Assembly (NCBI GenBank): GCA_043228905.1
Contig: JBHGNT010000006.1
Location: 23,196,680-23,260,679, forward strand
DNA length: 64,000 nt
DNA from: Azolla caroliniana
Lineage: Eukaryota > Plantae > Polypodiophyta
Direction of reading: 5' to 3'
Shown here: positions 10,400 through 24,400 of the stretch, piece after piece
Layout of the letters: each line of letters opens with the position of its first letter
Numbering within the stretch: position 1 is the first letter of the stretch
The notes under the pieces: model-generated
Databases searched by the model: none
What the model was told of the DNA's origin: nothing
What the model saw: only the letters and a program-made list of their open reading frames with translations
Position numbers and translations under genes: made by a program

Positions 10400-13300
10400 T
10401 GTAGAAAGTAGCGTGTGGAAGCAAGTATGAAGACAGAACAGAGGAAGGAAACTCGGGTTCAATGGAGAGCTTAGGCTTACACGGTATACGCGGGAGAGAC
10501 AGAGAGAGAAACACAACAAATACTATATTCAATAATAGTGCTCAGTCTGTACATAAGACGTGCTCAGTGAACACTTTTATACAAGTCCTGGAAGGACTGA
10601 CCGAAGTACTGACAGTACTTCAATGCTCATTAAGAGCTCCTACACTAACTCCCAAATATATTCCTCACGGAATATCTTTCCTAACGACCTCCCGGTTTAC
10701 GCACTCGGCCTAACTGATCGGTCCCAGCCGATCCAGTCCTCGACTTCTTTAGCCGATCTGGCCGATGTTGAGCTTGTCTCTCAACACTCCCCCTCAAGCT
10801 CAACTTGAGGCTCTTCGGGATCTTCACAGCACCGGTTCCTCCTGGCTTCTCGCCTCGCTCGCGCTCCTCGACCTGTTCGACTCCGCGCGCTTTGACCCTT
10901 CCGGTTGGCTTGTCTCCTCATGTGGCCCTCATCAGCTCTTCTGTTGTTGCGGTGTTGACGCTTCTTCTGCTGCCTTTTCTTCCGCTTGGGCCTCGGTTGA
11001 TTCAGCCTGTCTGAATCAAACATCTGAACCGACTCGACTACCTCCGATCGGTTTTCGCTCTCGTCCGAGTTGGCTGTCTCCAACTCGTCTTCGGTTTTCT
11101 CGCCCTCAATGGCGTCATCTCCCCTATCCGTGGTTGGCTTCGACTCTCTCCTTCGGCTGCTCCCCTTCTGTCCTCTTCCGAACTTTTCCGCGGGTCCGCC
11201 CTCGGCTTCTTCAACCGATCCGAAGTCGCCCTCGGCTTCTTCAGCCGATCCGTCTTCAACCGAGTCAACAAACGAGTCAACCGACTCGGTGTCATGGTCA
11301 CCGCTCCTTTCCTGCTGCCTTGCTTGGTCGTTCGGGACTGTTCTCCCCCTCAAGTTCGGCACGTCAAGGTGACGCAACCCGAGCGCACCCGAGAATTGCC
11401 GCAACTTGTCCAGACCAAGAGGCTTGGTGAAGATGTCGGCAGATTGCCGATCCATCGGAACGTACTGAAGTTCGACTTCACCGGAAAGGACACGCTCACG
11501 GACGAAGTGGTAGTGCACCTCAATGTGCTTGGTTCATGCATGGAAAACGGGGTTTTTCGCAAGTTGGATGTTGCTGAGGTTGTCGCAGTAGATCGTCGTC
11601 GGATCTGACACCTCCTCTTGCAAGTCCTTAAGTAGTCGCTTCAACCATATGGCTTCGCATGTCGCGACAGCCGCTCCTCGGTACTCAGCTTCGGTGCTTG
11701 ACAGTGCAACTGTCCGCTGCTTCTTACTGCTCCACGCGATCGCGGCACTCCCGAGGGAGAACGCGTATCCAGATGTGGATCGGCGATCTGCGGCATTGCC
11801 AGCCCAATCAGCATCGGTGTAGCCGACTAATTGCGCGGCTGCACCGGTCCAATATAGCAGTCCTCGGTCCTTAGTGCCACTTACGTACCGCAGTATGCGT
11901 TGCGCACACTGAAGGTGCTCCTCGGTAGGTCGCGCCATGAACTGACTGATCACCCCAACCGGATAACTGAGGTCGGGTCGGGTGATGGTCAAGTATATGA
12001 GGCTTCGGACAATTTGTCAGAATCTCGTCGGGTCGCATACCTTTCCCGTATCGGGACGAAGCTTGATGGTTCTGTCCAGAGGAGTCAGACGGACTTACAG
12101 TCGGCCTTCCCGAATTTGAAGAGCATACTCAGCACGTAATGACGTTGGCTGATCAATATGCCTTCGGGGGTATAGATCACTTCGATCCCGAGGAAGTAAT
12201 GAAGGTCCCCCAGATCCTTCATGTCGAACGATGCCGCAAGCTGGAGCTTCACGCGGTCGATTTCACCTAGGTCGGCGCCGGTGATGACCAAGTCATCAAC
12301 ATACAGTAAAATACTAACCGGTCCGAGTCGACCTTTCCGGATGAACAGGGAAGAGTCCGATTTTGACGTGACGAAGCCCAACCGACGCAGTTGTTGCGTG
12401 ATCTTCGCGTTCCAGGCACAAGGGGCTTGCTTCAGTCCGTAAAGGGACTTCTTCAGTTGGCATACTGCCGAGGACTGAAATCCGGGGGGCTGTACCATGT
12501 ACACCTGTTCCTCAAGGTCACCTTGCAGGAACGCATTCTTTACATCCATCTGATGTAAATGCCACCCCTTCGCCGCAGCTACTGCGAGCAAAACACGGAC
12601 GGTCGTCATTTTCGCGACCGGCGCAAACGTCTCATCGTAGTCGATGCCGTGCTTCTGCGCGTAGCCCTTTGCCACTAGCCGAGCCTTGTACCGGTTGACC
12701 GAGCCATCGGTGTTGTACTTGACTTTGTACACCCATCTACACCCGATCGGCTTCACACCCTTCGGTGCGTCAACCAGGTCCCAGGTATCGTTCTCCGCCA
12801 ATGCGTGCATCGCTTCCTCCATCGCGGCACGCCAATTTGCGTCTTCCGTCGCGTCTGCGTAGATCTCCGGCTCACGCACTTCCGCTACACGGGTGATGTA
12901 TGCATAATGATGCGCCATGTACTCGTTGTATCCGAACCGCACAACTGGGTTCTTTTGGCGGGTAGATCGGCGTAATCTCACATTAGCTGATGTCGAGGCT
13001 TTAAAGACCCGTCACCGATTTCCTCGGAGTCGGACTCACGTCGGTTTGACTCGTTCCTTTCCGTGCCGGAATCCGACACCTTCTCTTCCCTTTCTCTTTG
13101 CGCGTAAGCCGTCTCCTCGGCTTCCTACGCGGGGAATGCACGGCCGAGTCTCCACTACTCGCCAGCTCTTCATCGGACTGGTCGTACCGACTCAGTCATC
13201 CAATCGGTCCACTTAACCGGAGTGAAATCGGAGTTTCTTCGCGGGTCTCGATTTCGGGCTCATCCAGAGGCATCTCGGCCTCGCTGACCTCATCGTCAGG

Positions 13301-16300
13301 TCTCGTATTGGAGTCGGGGTTCCGAGGCGAGGGCAGGTACCAGGACGCGGACTCGTCAAACACAACGTCGCGGCTGACACGCGCTTGTTTGGTGCGAGGG
13401 TTATAGCACTTATAACCCTTCTGCTCGTCCGAGTAACCGACCAAGATGCACTTCTCGGCCTTTGCATCCAGCTTCCTCCTTTTCTCCTTCGGTACATGCA
13501 TGTACGCAATGCTACCGAACACCCTCAAGTGTCGCAAGTTCGGCTTCGTTCCGAAATATAGCTCATGCGCCGACACTTTGTCTCCAATCCGGTTCTGGAT
13601 GTATACCGTGGTCCTTACCGCCTCGGCCCAGTAGAACTTGGGCAAGCTCTTCTCCTCCAGCATTGCCCGTGCCGCTTCCACAATCGACCGATTCTTCCTC
13701 TCGGCCACACCGTTCTGCTCTGGCGTGTATCTACAACTGAATTCGCATCGAATTCCCATTTGTTGTAGATAACCGTTGAATTGACCGGAAAAGTATTCTT
13801 TCCCGCCATCCGACCGCAAGCACTTGATCTTTCGTCCCGTTTCGGCTTCCACGAACCCTTTGAGGTCCCGGCACACGTGGATCTACCTCTCAATGAGGTA
13901 GATCCACGTGTGCCGCGTGTGGTCGTCGATGAAGGAGACGAAATATCGGCTCCCGCCAAGACTAACGTTTTGTGCCGGCCCCCATACATCGGAGTGTATA
14001 AGGTCGAGCTTGTTCCGGCTCCGGTTTCGCTCGTTGGGGAAGGGAAGTCGGTGTTGCTTCCCGAGCTGGCAAGCTTCACAAATTTGTGCCTTTTGGCCAC
14101 TAAATTTGGGCAAACCGAACAATACTTGTTTCGTTTGCAGATCTTGAAGCCGTTGGTGGTTGACGTGGCCTATCCGCTTGTGCCACAAGTCGATGTCCGA
14201 CTCGGTCTTTTGTCCCTTCACGAACATTGCGGTGCCGCCGTCAGTGGAGTCGAGGATGAACATCCTCCCGTCTGTACGCCCTTGCGCAATCACATGGCCT
14301 TCTTCCTCAATGAAGCACCCGAGGTGTGTAAACCGAACCTCCATCCCTTCGTCGACGATTTGTCCGACCGAGACCAAGTTCTTCGTGATTGTCGGAACGT
14401 GCAGCACGTTCTTGAGTTTCCCTTTCTTCCCGACATGTCTAAGGGGAACTTCTCCGACATTCGCGATCGGATGCGGAGTGTCGTCTCCTATTGCGACTAC
14501 TCCCGATTGTATCGGTTTTTCCAGGTACGAGAACCACTCCTTATGGCTCGTCATATGGTTTGACGCGCCGGAGTCTACGTACCACACCTCGTCCGATCTC
14601 GGGGTGCTCTGTTTCATTGAGTTTGCTTCGTGTCTCGTCACGAAGACAGACCCTTCTCCGGCTCTCCCGGAGTCTTCGGCGTAGTGCGATCACTGCCGAT
14701 TTCCCTTGTCGGTATGTCTGGAGCCGTTCCCGGAACCAGTTCTCTTCGAATCGGCGCGCTTCTTCCAGCACTCACTTTCCCTATGGCCTTTCTTGCCACA
14801 GTACCAACACTCCGCGATGGACTTCCCTTGCGGTTCTCATCGCTTCGACTCCCCCTGTTTCCGGAGGGTCCGGAGTTGCTGTTGGCATCACTTCGGTGCC
14901 TTCATTCTTGATCTCGTCGGCCGCCTCCATTGCGTGCTAACTCGCCTCGTCCGCCATGACCACGGGGCCTTTCTCCCTCCGTGTACAACATTCTGCTGTC
15001 GGTGTGCATGCTTATAGACGCACCCGGGTGGTTCTCCTCTACCAGGAGCATCGACTGTAAGTCGAAAAAGGACGGCGTATTCTCCCGGGTACCCACGTGT
15101 TGGGAAACAGGTCCCTCCGGTTGGGAAACCGTATGAGGAGGACCCGGCTACGGAGAGCCGGATGGTGCAGGCCCGGTATGAACCGGATGAGGAGTACCCG
15201 GCTACGGAGAGCCGGATGGTGCAGGCCCGGTATGAACCGGATGAGGAGTACCCGGCTACGGAGAGCCGAATGGTGCAGGCCTGGTATGAACCGGATGAGG
15301 AGTACCCGGCTACGGAGAACCGGATGAAGAGACATATTTGTAAATATGTTTCTGAGAGCCCATCGAGGCTACATTTGTAAATAGCCGAAAAGTCATATTA
15401 GTATAAATATGACTTAGGGCAAACTTTTAGTTGTTGTTGTCATTCTTCCTTGTTGGTGCAAGAAGAAACGAGAGTGCGTAACGTTGTACAGATAGAGAGA
15501 GAGAGAAAGAGGTCGTTGCCTCTATTGTAACCGCTGCTTGTGGCGAAGAGCGTGAGTCCGAGGTCGTTGCCCCTGTGAACTCACTCTCTTGTACATTCAT
15601 ACATAGTGACAGTTTGCAGCCTGTGGGCTGCCGTGGTTTTTCCCCTAGTTTGGGGTTTTCCACGTAAACCTCCTGTGTACCATTTCTCTTCTCTGTGTCG
15701 CGTTTCATTACCTGTTTTCTGTGTATGAAAAGAATCTCGGTTGTGGCCGAGTCTTGCGCATAAGGAACGTCAAGTTCCTGTCAAGTGGTATCAGAGCAAA
15801 ATCGACACAGAAAATGGACGAATCATTTGGCGGCATGTTCAAGCTCACCGGCTCCAACTATTCAGTATGGAAGTCGAAGATGAGGGACATGCTCGTTGTT
15901 AAAGACCCCTGGCTGCCGGTTCAGTTCGGGGACAAGAGACCGGACAAAATCGACGCCGCGATATGGGAGGTGATGCACATGAAGAGAACGGCGTACATAC
16001 GGTGCTTCATCGACATGAGCCTGTACAACAACTTCAATGAAGAAAGCAAGGCTCATGAGCTCTGGGAGAAGATCGGCATAATGTTTCAAAACAAAAATGT
16101 TGTTAATCAGGTTTCGGTATTCCGGAAGCTAGTAAGACTCCGGTACCAAGATGGCTCCAGCATGGCGGAGCATATGAATGCCTTCCAGGGGCTGATAGAC
16201 CAGGCAACGTCATTGGAAGTACCTCTTGCCGATGAGGTACTAGCGCTACTCCTGCTCGGTTCCCTCCCGGATAGCTGGGAGACGTTGGTTGTCACTTTGG

Positions 16301-19300
16301 GCAACGCCGGGCCGGAAGGAAAACGGTTATCCCTAGCAAGAGTAAAGTCGAGCTTGCTAGATGAGGAGCCGCGTCGGAAGGATAAAGATACGAGCTCCGA
16401 CTCCAAAGCGCTCCTTACCGAATCGGAACGCGGAAGACATAGAAACCGTAGTCCCCAGAACCGGGAGAAGTCGGGGACACGGTCAAAGTCAAGGGGGAGT
16501 CCCACTTGCTTCTATTGCGGCAAGCCGGGTCACTTCCAAAAGAACTGTCGGCATTTCCGTAAAGACAAGGAAACCGACGGTACCGATTCAAAGCAAACCC
16601 CGGACCGGAACGGTAAAGACCAAAACGGTAAAGACCGGAGGGGGCCAGACCGGAAGGGAACGACGGCAATCGCGGCAAGCGAAGAAGAGTTGATGCTCAT
16701 CACCAAGGAGAGTGAGATAAACCTTGCCGGCGACGAGATGACCTGGGTGGTAGACCCCAGAGCGTCATTCCACCTTACCCCGGACCGGAAATGCTTCTCA
16801 TCCTACTCAGTCGGTGACCACGGCTGTGTCCGGATGGGGAATGAAGGTACATGCCGAATTGTCGGCATAGGAGACGTGTGGCTGTCAACACCAACCGGAT
16901 GCAAGTTGCTGCTGAAGGATGTCCGACACGTTCCGGAAGTTCGTCTGAACCTGATATCGGCCGGTCGGCTAGATGATGAAGGCTACACGGGTAGCATCCG
17001 GAACGGTGTCATGAAGTTCAGCAAAGGGAGCCTGATTGTGGCTCGGGCCCGGAAGGTAAACACGTTGTACCTGATGAATGCCCGGTTATGTCTTGAAGAA
17101 GTGAACGTGGCATCCGACACTGCTGGTGAGCTGTGGCACAAGAGGCTGTGTGATATGAGCGAGAAGGGGATGAAGAGGCTTGCAAACGACAACCTCATTC
17201 CAGTGAAGAACGTGCACTTAGAGAAGTGCACTGATTGTCTGGCCGGTAAGCAGAACCGAACCTCCTTCCGACCAAGGTCACTGATGAGACGTAATGCACC
17301 ACTGGAGTTGGTGCATACGGATGTGTGTCAAGTAGACACGGAGTCACATGCCGGAGTGCAGTACTTCGTGACGTTCATAGATGACCACACCCGGATGCTG
17401 TGGGCCACACCGCTGAAGACGAAGGATCAGGTGTTATCCGTCTTCAAAGAGCTCCACGCGAGAGTGGAAAGAGAAACCGGCCGGAAGCTGAAGGCGGTTC
17501 GAGCAGATAACGGAGGAGAATACCGGGGGTAGTTCGAGGAGTACTGCCGCTCGAAGGGAATCCGGCTCGAATTTACCGTGCCGAAGACGCTGGAACTAAA
17601 CGGACTGGCCGAGAGGATGAACCGGACCATAATGGAGAGGGTCCGGAGTATGCTAGCGCATGCAAAACTACCCAAGAAGTTTTGGGCTGAGGCACTGTCG
17701 ATGGCGACATACGTGATAAATAGATCACCCTCAGTACCCTTGGACGGAGACACGCCATAGAGAGTATGGACCGGTAAGGAAGTGTCCTACCGGCATCTGA
17801 GGGTGTTCGGGTGTCTCGGGTACGTGCATGTAGCTAAGGACCCGAGAGGAAAGCTAGATCCAAAGACCCGGCCATGCATATTCCTCGGTTACGGTGACGA
17901 TGAGTTCGGCTACCGAGTGTGGGACCTGGTCGACAAGAAGGTATTCCGGAGTCGAGATATTATCTTCATGGAGGACAAGACGCTCGCCGACTGGGAGTCG
18001 GAGAAGAAGATAATGAACTCCGAGTCGACCGGTAAGGATAGACTCTACGATGAGCAAAGCCAACTGGCAAGAGACCGGTTAGCACTCGAGGAACCAGCTG
18101 GTTACGGTGAGGATACCGAACCGACAGAAGAAGAGGTAGAGGAAGCTGAGAACGGAACCGGCCTAGACCCCGAATCGGATTCGGATGAAGAGCAAATAGA
18201 GGAGCCGGCTACCGAAGCCCAAAGACGGAGATATCCTCTAAAAGAGAGAAGGGCCCCCTGGAGATTTCTGGATGCAGAGCATGTTCTGCTGACCGATGAG
18301 GGGGAGCCAAAAAGCTTTGAAGAAGCGAAGGAAGACACCCACAACCGAAAATGGTTAAGGGCCATGCAAGACGAGATGGATTCCCTGCATGAGAACCATA
18401 CGTATGAATTGGTGGAGTTGCCGAAAGGAAAGCGGGCACTCCGAAACAAGCGGGTGTACAAGTTGAAACCAGGAGATGCCGGCAACCCCCCGAGATACAA
18501 AGCTAGGATCGTGGTGAAGGGGTTCCAGCAGAAGAAGGGCGTGGACTTCGACGAGATATTTGCCCCGGTAGTAAAGATGACCTCCATCCGGACGGTGCTG
18601 AGTATAGCAGCAAGCATGAACCTTGAGGTAGAGGAGCTGGACGTGAAGACGGCATTCCGTCACGGCGACCTCGAAGAGGAGATCTACATGTAGCAACTGG
18701 AAGGATTTGTGGAGAAAGGGAAGGAGCACCTGGTATGCCGGTTGAAGAAGAGCCTGTACGGATTGAACCAGGCTCCCCGACAATGGTACCGGAAGTTCGA
18801 CTCCTTCATGACCGATCAAGGGTACCACAAGACGCTGGCCGATCACTGCGTGTTTGTGAAGAGGTTCGAAGGAGATGACTTCTTGATACTCCTTCTGTAC
18901 GTGGATGACATGTTGATCGTCGGACGTGACCAAGTCAAAATACGGATGCTGAAGAAGGCCCTCAACCGAACCTTCTCAATGAAAGACTTGGGTCCGGCAA
19001 GACAGATGCTGGGGATGCACATCATCCGTAACCGAAAAGCGAAGCAATTATGGCTGTCACAGGAGAAGTATGTGACAAAGGTGCTTCACCGGTTCAACAT
19101 GTCAGATGCAAAACCGGTCGGATCGACACTTCCGGCAAACTGCAAGCTATCTGGTAAGCAAAGCCCGAAGACGAAAGCAGAGAAGGCGGATATGACGAAG
19201 ATCCCATATGTCTCTGCTGTCGGGAGCTTGATGTACGCAATGGTTTGTACCCGACCGGATATTGGATACGCAGTTGGAGTGGTGAGCCGGTTCATGAGTA

Positions 19301-21499
19301 ATCCCGGCAAGGAGCACTGGAACGTAATCAAATGGATACTTCAGTATTTGAAGGGCACTTCAAATATGTGTCTCCGATTCGGCTCCGGAAAACCTCAACT
19401 GGACGGTTTCACCGACTCGGACATGTCGGCTGATGTGGATACCAGCCGGTCTACATCCGGATATGTGATGACATATGCAGGGGGAGCTGTTTCGTGGCAG
19501 TCGAGGCTGCAGAAGACGGTTGCATTGTCAACCACAGAGGCAGAGTACATGGCAGCTATGGAAGCCGGCAAGGAAATATTATGGATGAAGGACTTCATCG
19601 GAGAGCTCGGTATCCGGCAAGAGGAATACCGACTCTATTGCGACAGTCAAAGTGCCATCCACCTTGCTAAGAATGCAGCCTACCATTCTCGGACGTAGCA
19701 TATCCAACGAAGATATCACTGGATCCAGGAAAGAGTAGATGACCAGGAGTTCGCACTGACGAAGATCCACACGGCCGAGAACGGGTCAGATATGCTGACC
19801 AAAGTGCTGACACCCGACAAGCTGGACGCATGCTGGAAGCGGATCGGACTGGTAAGACACCCCATGCCGGAGTGAAGGGGGAGTTTGTTGGGAAACAGGT
19901 CCCTCCGGATGGGAAGGAAGAAGTACAGTGCCAATGAACAAACCGTATGAGGAGGCCTGGTATGAACCAGATGAGGAGTACCCGGCTACGGAGAGCCGGA
20001 TGGTGCAGGCCCGGTATGAACCAGATGAGGAGTACCCGACTACGGAGAACCGGATGGTACAGACCCAGTGAGAACCGGATGAAGAGACATATTTGTAAAT
20101 ATGTTTCTGAGAGCCCATCGAGGGTACATTTGTAAATAGCCGAAAAGTCATATGAGTATAAATATGACTTAGGGAAAACTTTTAGTTGTTGTTGTCATTC
20201 TTCCTTGTTGGTGCAAGAAGAAACGAGAGTGCGTAACGTTGTACAGATAGAGAGAGAGAGAGAAAGAGGTCGTTGCCTCTGTTGTAACCGCCGCCTGTGG
20301 CGAAGAGCGTGAGTCCGAGGTCGTTGCCTCTGTGAACTCACTCTCTTGTACATTCATACATAGTGACAGTTTGCAGCCTGTGGGCTACCGTGGTTTTTCC
20401 CCTAGTTTGGGGTTTTCCACGTAAACCTCCTGTGTACCATTTCTTTTCTCTGTGTCGCGTTTCATTACTTGTTTTCTGTGTATGAAAAGAATCTCGGTTG
20501 TGGCCGAGTCTTGCGCATAAGGAACGTCAAGTTCCCGTCAACGGCCATTCGGAACGCTCCGAACTTCGACGCCAAACCTCTGAGACAGATCTGGACCATC
20601 TCGCTCTCCTCGATGTTCACCTCTATGGAGGCGAGGGAGTCGCAGATATCCTTGATCTTCGAGGTATAGTCTGCCACCAACAAGTCGCGTTGTCGTAGGT
20701 TGCTCAACTCCTGTCGGAGCTGAAGCTTCCTGGCTGTGGTGCTCGCTGCGAAAATCTTCTTCAGATTTTCCGATGCACCCTTCGGCGTCTTTGCATCCCG
20801 AACATAGCTCAATAGTTGTTCGCCCACACACGACGCGAAGCAGTATAGTACCCTGCTCGCCGATTGCTCCCACGACGGGAAGTCTCTGTGTGTCGATTCG
20901 GGTGCCGCGTCATTAGCTCCTTCGACATAACTCTAGTAGCCATGCCCGAGCAGGTACTGGTGCATCTTGTAGGACCAAGACGCGTAGTTGGTTCTGTCGA
21001 GCTTCTCTGTTGGAAGCGAGCTCGCCATGCCTCTATCCATCGTTCTGCTTGTTCTTCTTCGTCAAGCTGTGTTGGCTGCAGAGAGGTTCTCAACCCTCGC
21101 GCTCTGATACCATGTAGAAAGTAGTGTGCGGAAGCAAGTATGAAGACAGAACAGAGGAAGGAAACTTAGGTTCAATGGAGAGCTTAGGCTTACACGGTAT
21201 ACGCGGGAGAGACAGAGAGAGAAACACAAAAAATACTATATTCAATAATAGTGCTCAGTCTGTACATAAGACGTGCTCAGTGAACACTTTTATACAAGTC
21301 CTGCAAGGACTGACCGAAGTACTGACAGTACTTCAATGCTCATTAAGAGCTCCTACACTAACTCCCAAATATATTCCTCACGGAATATCTTTCCTAACGA
21401 CCTCCCGGTTTACGCACTCGGCCTAACCGATCGGTCCCAGCCGATCCAGTCCTCGGATTCTTCAGCCGATCTGGTCGATGTTGAGCTTGTCTCTCAACA
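10400..21499 (-). mobile_element. Full-length Ty1/Copia element A, inserted in intron 1 of the ParB-MTase gene
   Basis: 387-bp TG..CA LTRs at 10400-10786 and 21113-21499 (about 11 mismatches by eye). TSD AGTTC. PBS (tRNA-iMet) at 21101-21112, PPT at 10787-10798. Domain order gag, CCHC, PR (VDSGAS), INT, RT (YVDD), RNase H (TDADWAG), with frameshifts. Confidence 0.97.
15098..20540 (+). mobile_element. Full-length Ty1/Copia element B nested in the gag of element A
   Basis: LTRs at 15098-15783 and 19886-20540. PBS tggtatcagagc at 15786, PPT agtgaagggggag at 19871-19883. gag-pol about 15814-19875 (CFYCGKPGHFQKNC, INT, YVDDM, FTDSD) has in-frame TAG stops at 17530, 17758, 18691 and 19696. Confidence 0.97.
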
Positions 21500-24400
21500 A
21501 GTTCCCGTTTAAAGTTTAGGATTTAAACAGGAACTCGATACGCCGTATCGAGTTCCTGTATAAAAGAAGGCTCTGAGAGAGAAAAATTGTGTTTTTGGGG
21601 TAACAATTAATTATTGTGTGGAAAAGATATCAAATTGTCTGTCAAAATTAGTCTTTTTTATGTTGACTTGCCTTACTTTAAAAAAAAAAACATGCCCTAA
21701 TTATAGGTGTTTTATGACCTACTTTAGCTGAAAATAGTAGAAAATGATCCACAAATTGCCTTTACGATAGCAAATTCTCCTCAATATAGGTTTGGAATCT
21801 ATATAAGTCATACCTACTCTTTAAAAGAATATATAACCCTGTTTACTTATTACGATATATATTTTCTAGTTTGAATAGCCCTGCCTAGAATAGATTTTTG
21901 AATATAAGACTACCATGTACTCTGAATGCATGATTGATATTTTCACTTCACCACTAATCGCTGCTAGTGAGAACTGTTCTTCATCTTAATATTTATATTT
22001 TAATATACAACCTTAATCTACGTGACCACCTAACTTATGTTTTTGCATATACTTTCTTAAATAGGTCGTTTGAGAACTTGTCGGACCAACCCGTGAAGAA
22101 AATAAAGCTTCACATACAGGGTTCTCCAATCGAAGCCCATACCAAGGTAGATCCTGAGACCATGAAGAGAGGAAAAAAGCTTCTCTTCAATGAAGAGACA
22201 AAATCTCAGCCACATATTGATGTTAGCCAAAAGAAACTTGTCGCCCGCTACTGGAGGTGAAGACCTTCCTGACCGTGATCTAACGGACAAGGAATGGTGT
22301 ATGCAATATGTCGACTCAAAGAAAAAAGTCATATTGTATACAACAAAGAAGAAGGGGGAGGGGCAACTTGGAAAGGAAACACCATTTATGTATGGCCGTA
22401 TTCTACGATTTGACTACGAAGATGCAGATTCGGCCAACATACTGGTAATGATAGAGTGCTCCAAGGGGGTACGTAAAGTGTTCCTTTCAGAAGACCTTTT
22501 AGTAAAGGAATCTTGTGGGCTAGAAGCGTTCAAAAAAGATCTTGAAAGGTCACAAAACCTTATTGTTACCTTGAGGCCTTATATACAAGGCCATGTAACT
22601 CTAAGAGATGAAGTGCCCTCCCCATTGAAGGCCACAAAAAGGGTATCCAAAGTCCAGTCAAGACCACCAAAGAAGAAGACAACCAAAATGTCGGACACCG
22701 ATTCAACAAGTGAAAACGAAGAGGAGGATAATAAGGGGACGCCAGGAGCTGAGCTGGCATCGGGTGTTTTGTCATCCGAGCAGAATAAGATAAGGAGAGA
22801 GTTAATGCAACGGAAACTAGTCAGGAAAGGGCAAGTGTTTAATTTGCCTATAACACACATCCATCGGCCCCCTATTGATGAAAAAACAGGTCGACGACCA
22901 CTTGAGATTAGAGAGCCACACCGCATGCATGTTCAAAATCTCAAGAAAAAAATGAAAATTAATCCTCATGCCACTATGGTGCCTTTTATTGTTATGGTAG
23001 ATCCTGAAGAATGTGAAACCATTGAAGATTTTGATATTAGAAAGCATGATCAATATAATTATTTTGTCATTGGTGGATCCCATTCAGCAGAGGCACGTCG
23101 GCAACTTGTGAGAGAACATCCAACGACTTTCTTCTTCAAGTATGCCGAGTGCAAAATTTATGTTGGCCTCACAACCGAAGAGGCTAAGCTGTTGGCATGG
23201 GACCATAATAATGATAATGACTATAGGCAGAAAATGTCGTTCATTGAGCGTATACGGTTCTTCCACCACGAGTATTTAAACGTGAAACAAAAGTTTGGTG
23301 TGAAGTTACATCTAGGCCTACGACGTCAATGTCTGCATGAAGTCGGCATTGTGGTAGATGATAATGTTAAGTACGATGGTCTTCGAAAGTATGAGTCTTG
23401 GTTTCAATTGGCGTTTAGAGATGGAGAAGTATGGGACCTACAAGATCAAATCTTCTCAATGTGGGAGAATGAGGTAAAGGGTCAACAACAAAAGAAATGT
23501 AAGGTTGACCCTCAACTAGAGTTAAAGTCACAAGCCGCCAAGAAAATTGACTTGACAATTGAAGAAGTGGCAGACGACATGAAGTTGTCTCTGTGGAGAG
23601 CGACGCAAGGTATTAAGGACGAGCAGCTTCTTGTGTCTGTTTTGTCAAGGGTTGTGGCGAAAGATTTAAGCCTTGAAGAAATGGTCACTAAGTTCAATAA
23701 GTAAGTCTTTCAAATACTGAAATTGTAGTCTATCTGGTGTAATTCAAAGTTCTAATCTTGATTTCTAATTTTACAGTCATAAGGTGTACATGAAGATCCA
23801 AGAAGTTATGATGAAACAACTTGGATGTATAACTTGGGAACAAGTGACCGAGGATTATCCTCTAACGTCTTCATATAAGGCGTTATCAGAGTATTTTATT
23901 GCATTCAAGGATTGGGTTAGTATTGATGGTTTTTCATTACCCTTTCATCATATGTAGAGCTTGTATAATAATACCTGATGTCCTATTGCTTCTATTAGAA
24001 ACCGTGTTGAGGCAAGAAACAAGGAGAAGTTAAGGATATACACGATTTCCCTACATCCTTCCTTGCACATCTCGAGCGAGCCAGAAAAGAAAAGGATCGT
24101 CGCTTAGTCAAGGCGTACGAAATGGAGGAAGATGGCTCCTTTAAAAAATTTAGCCACAAAAAAGATATTACGAGAGATCTTTACTACAATGTGGTTTGCG
24201 GTGATGTCGTCGACTTGATCCAAAAGGTGCCAAAGAAGGAATATACGCTAATGATTGCGGATATTCCTTACGGATTTCGAATGGTTGGGTCATCATACGA
24301 TGATGAACCGTTTAGGTTTAAACAATTGGAGAAGATGGTCAAGGATTTCGCTGAGCTAACGACTGCATCCTTGTAGCGAATAGTTGTCTTTCATAGTATG

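Noticed and set aside
10462-10713. Duplicated ORF MESLGLHGIRGRD (also 21124-21426)
   Set aside because: It lies within the two LTRs of Copia A, and the duplication is explained by LTR identity.
13781-14563. Long antisense ORFs over Copia/Gypsy pol regions
   Set aside because: Shadow ORFs of GC-rich coding sequence on the opposite strand.
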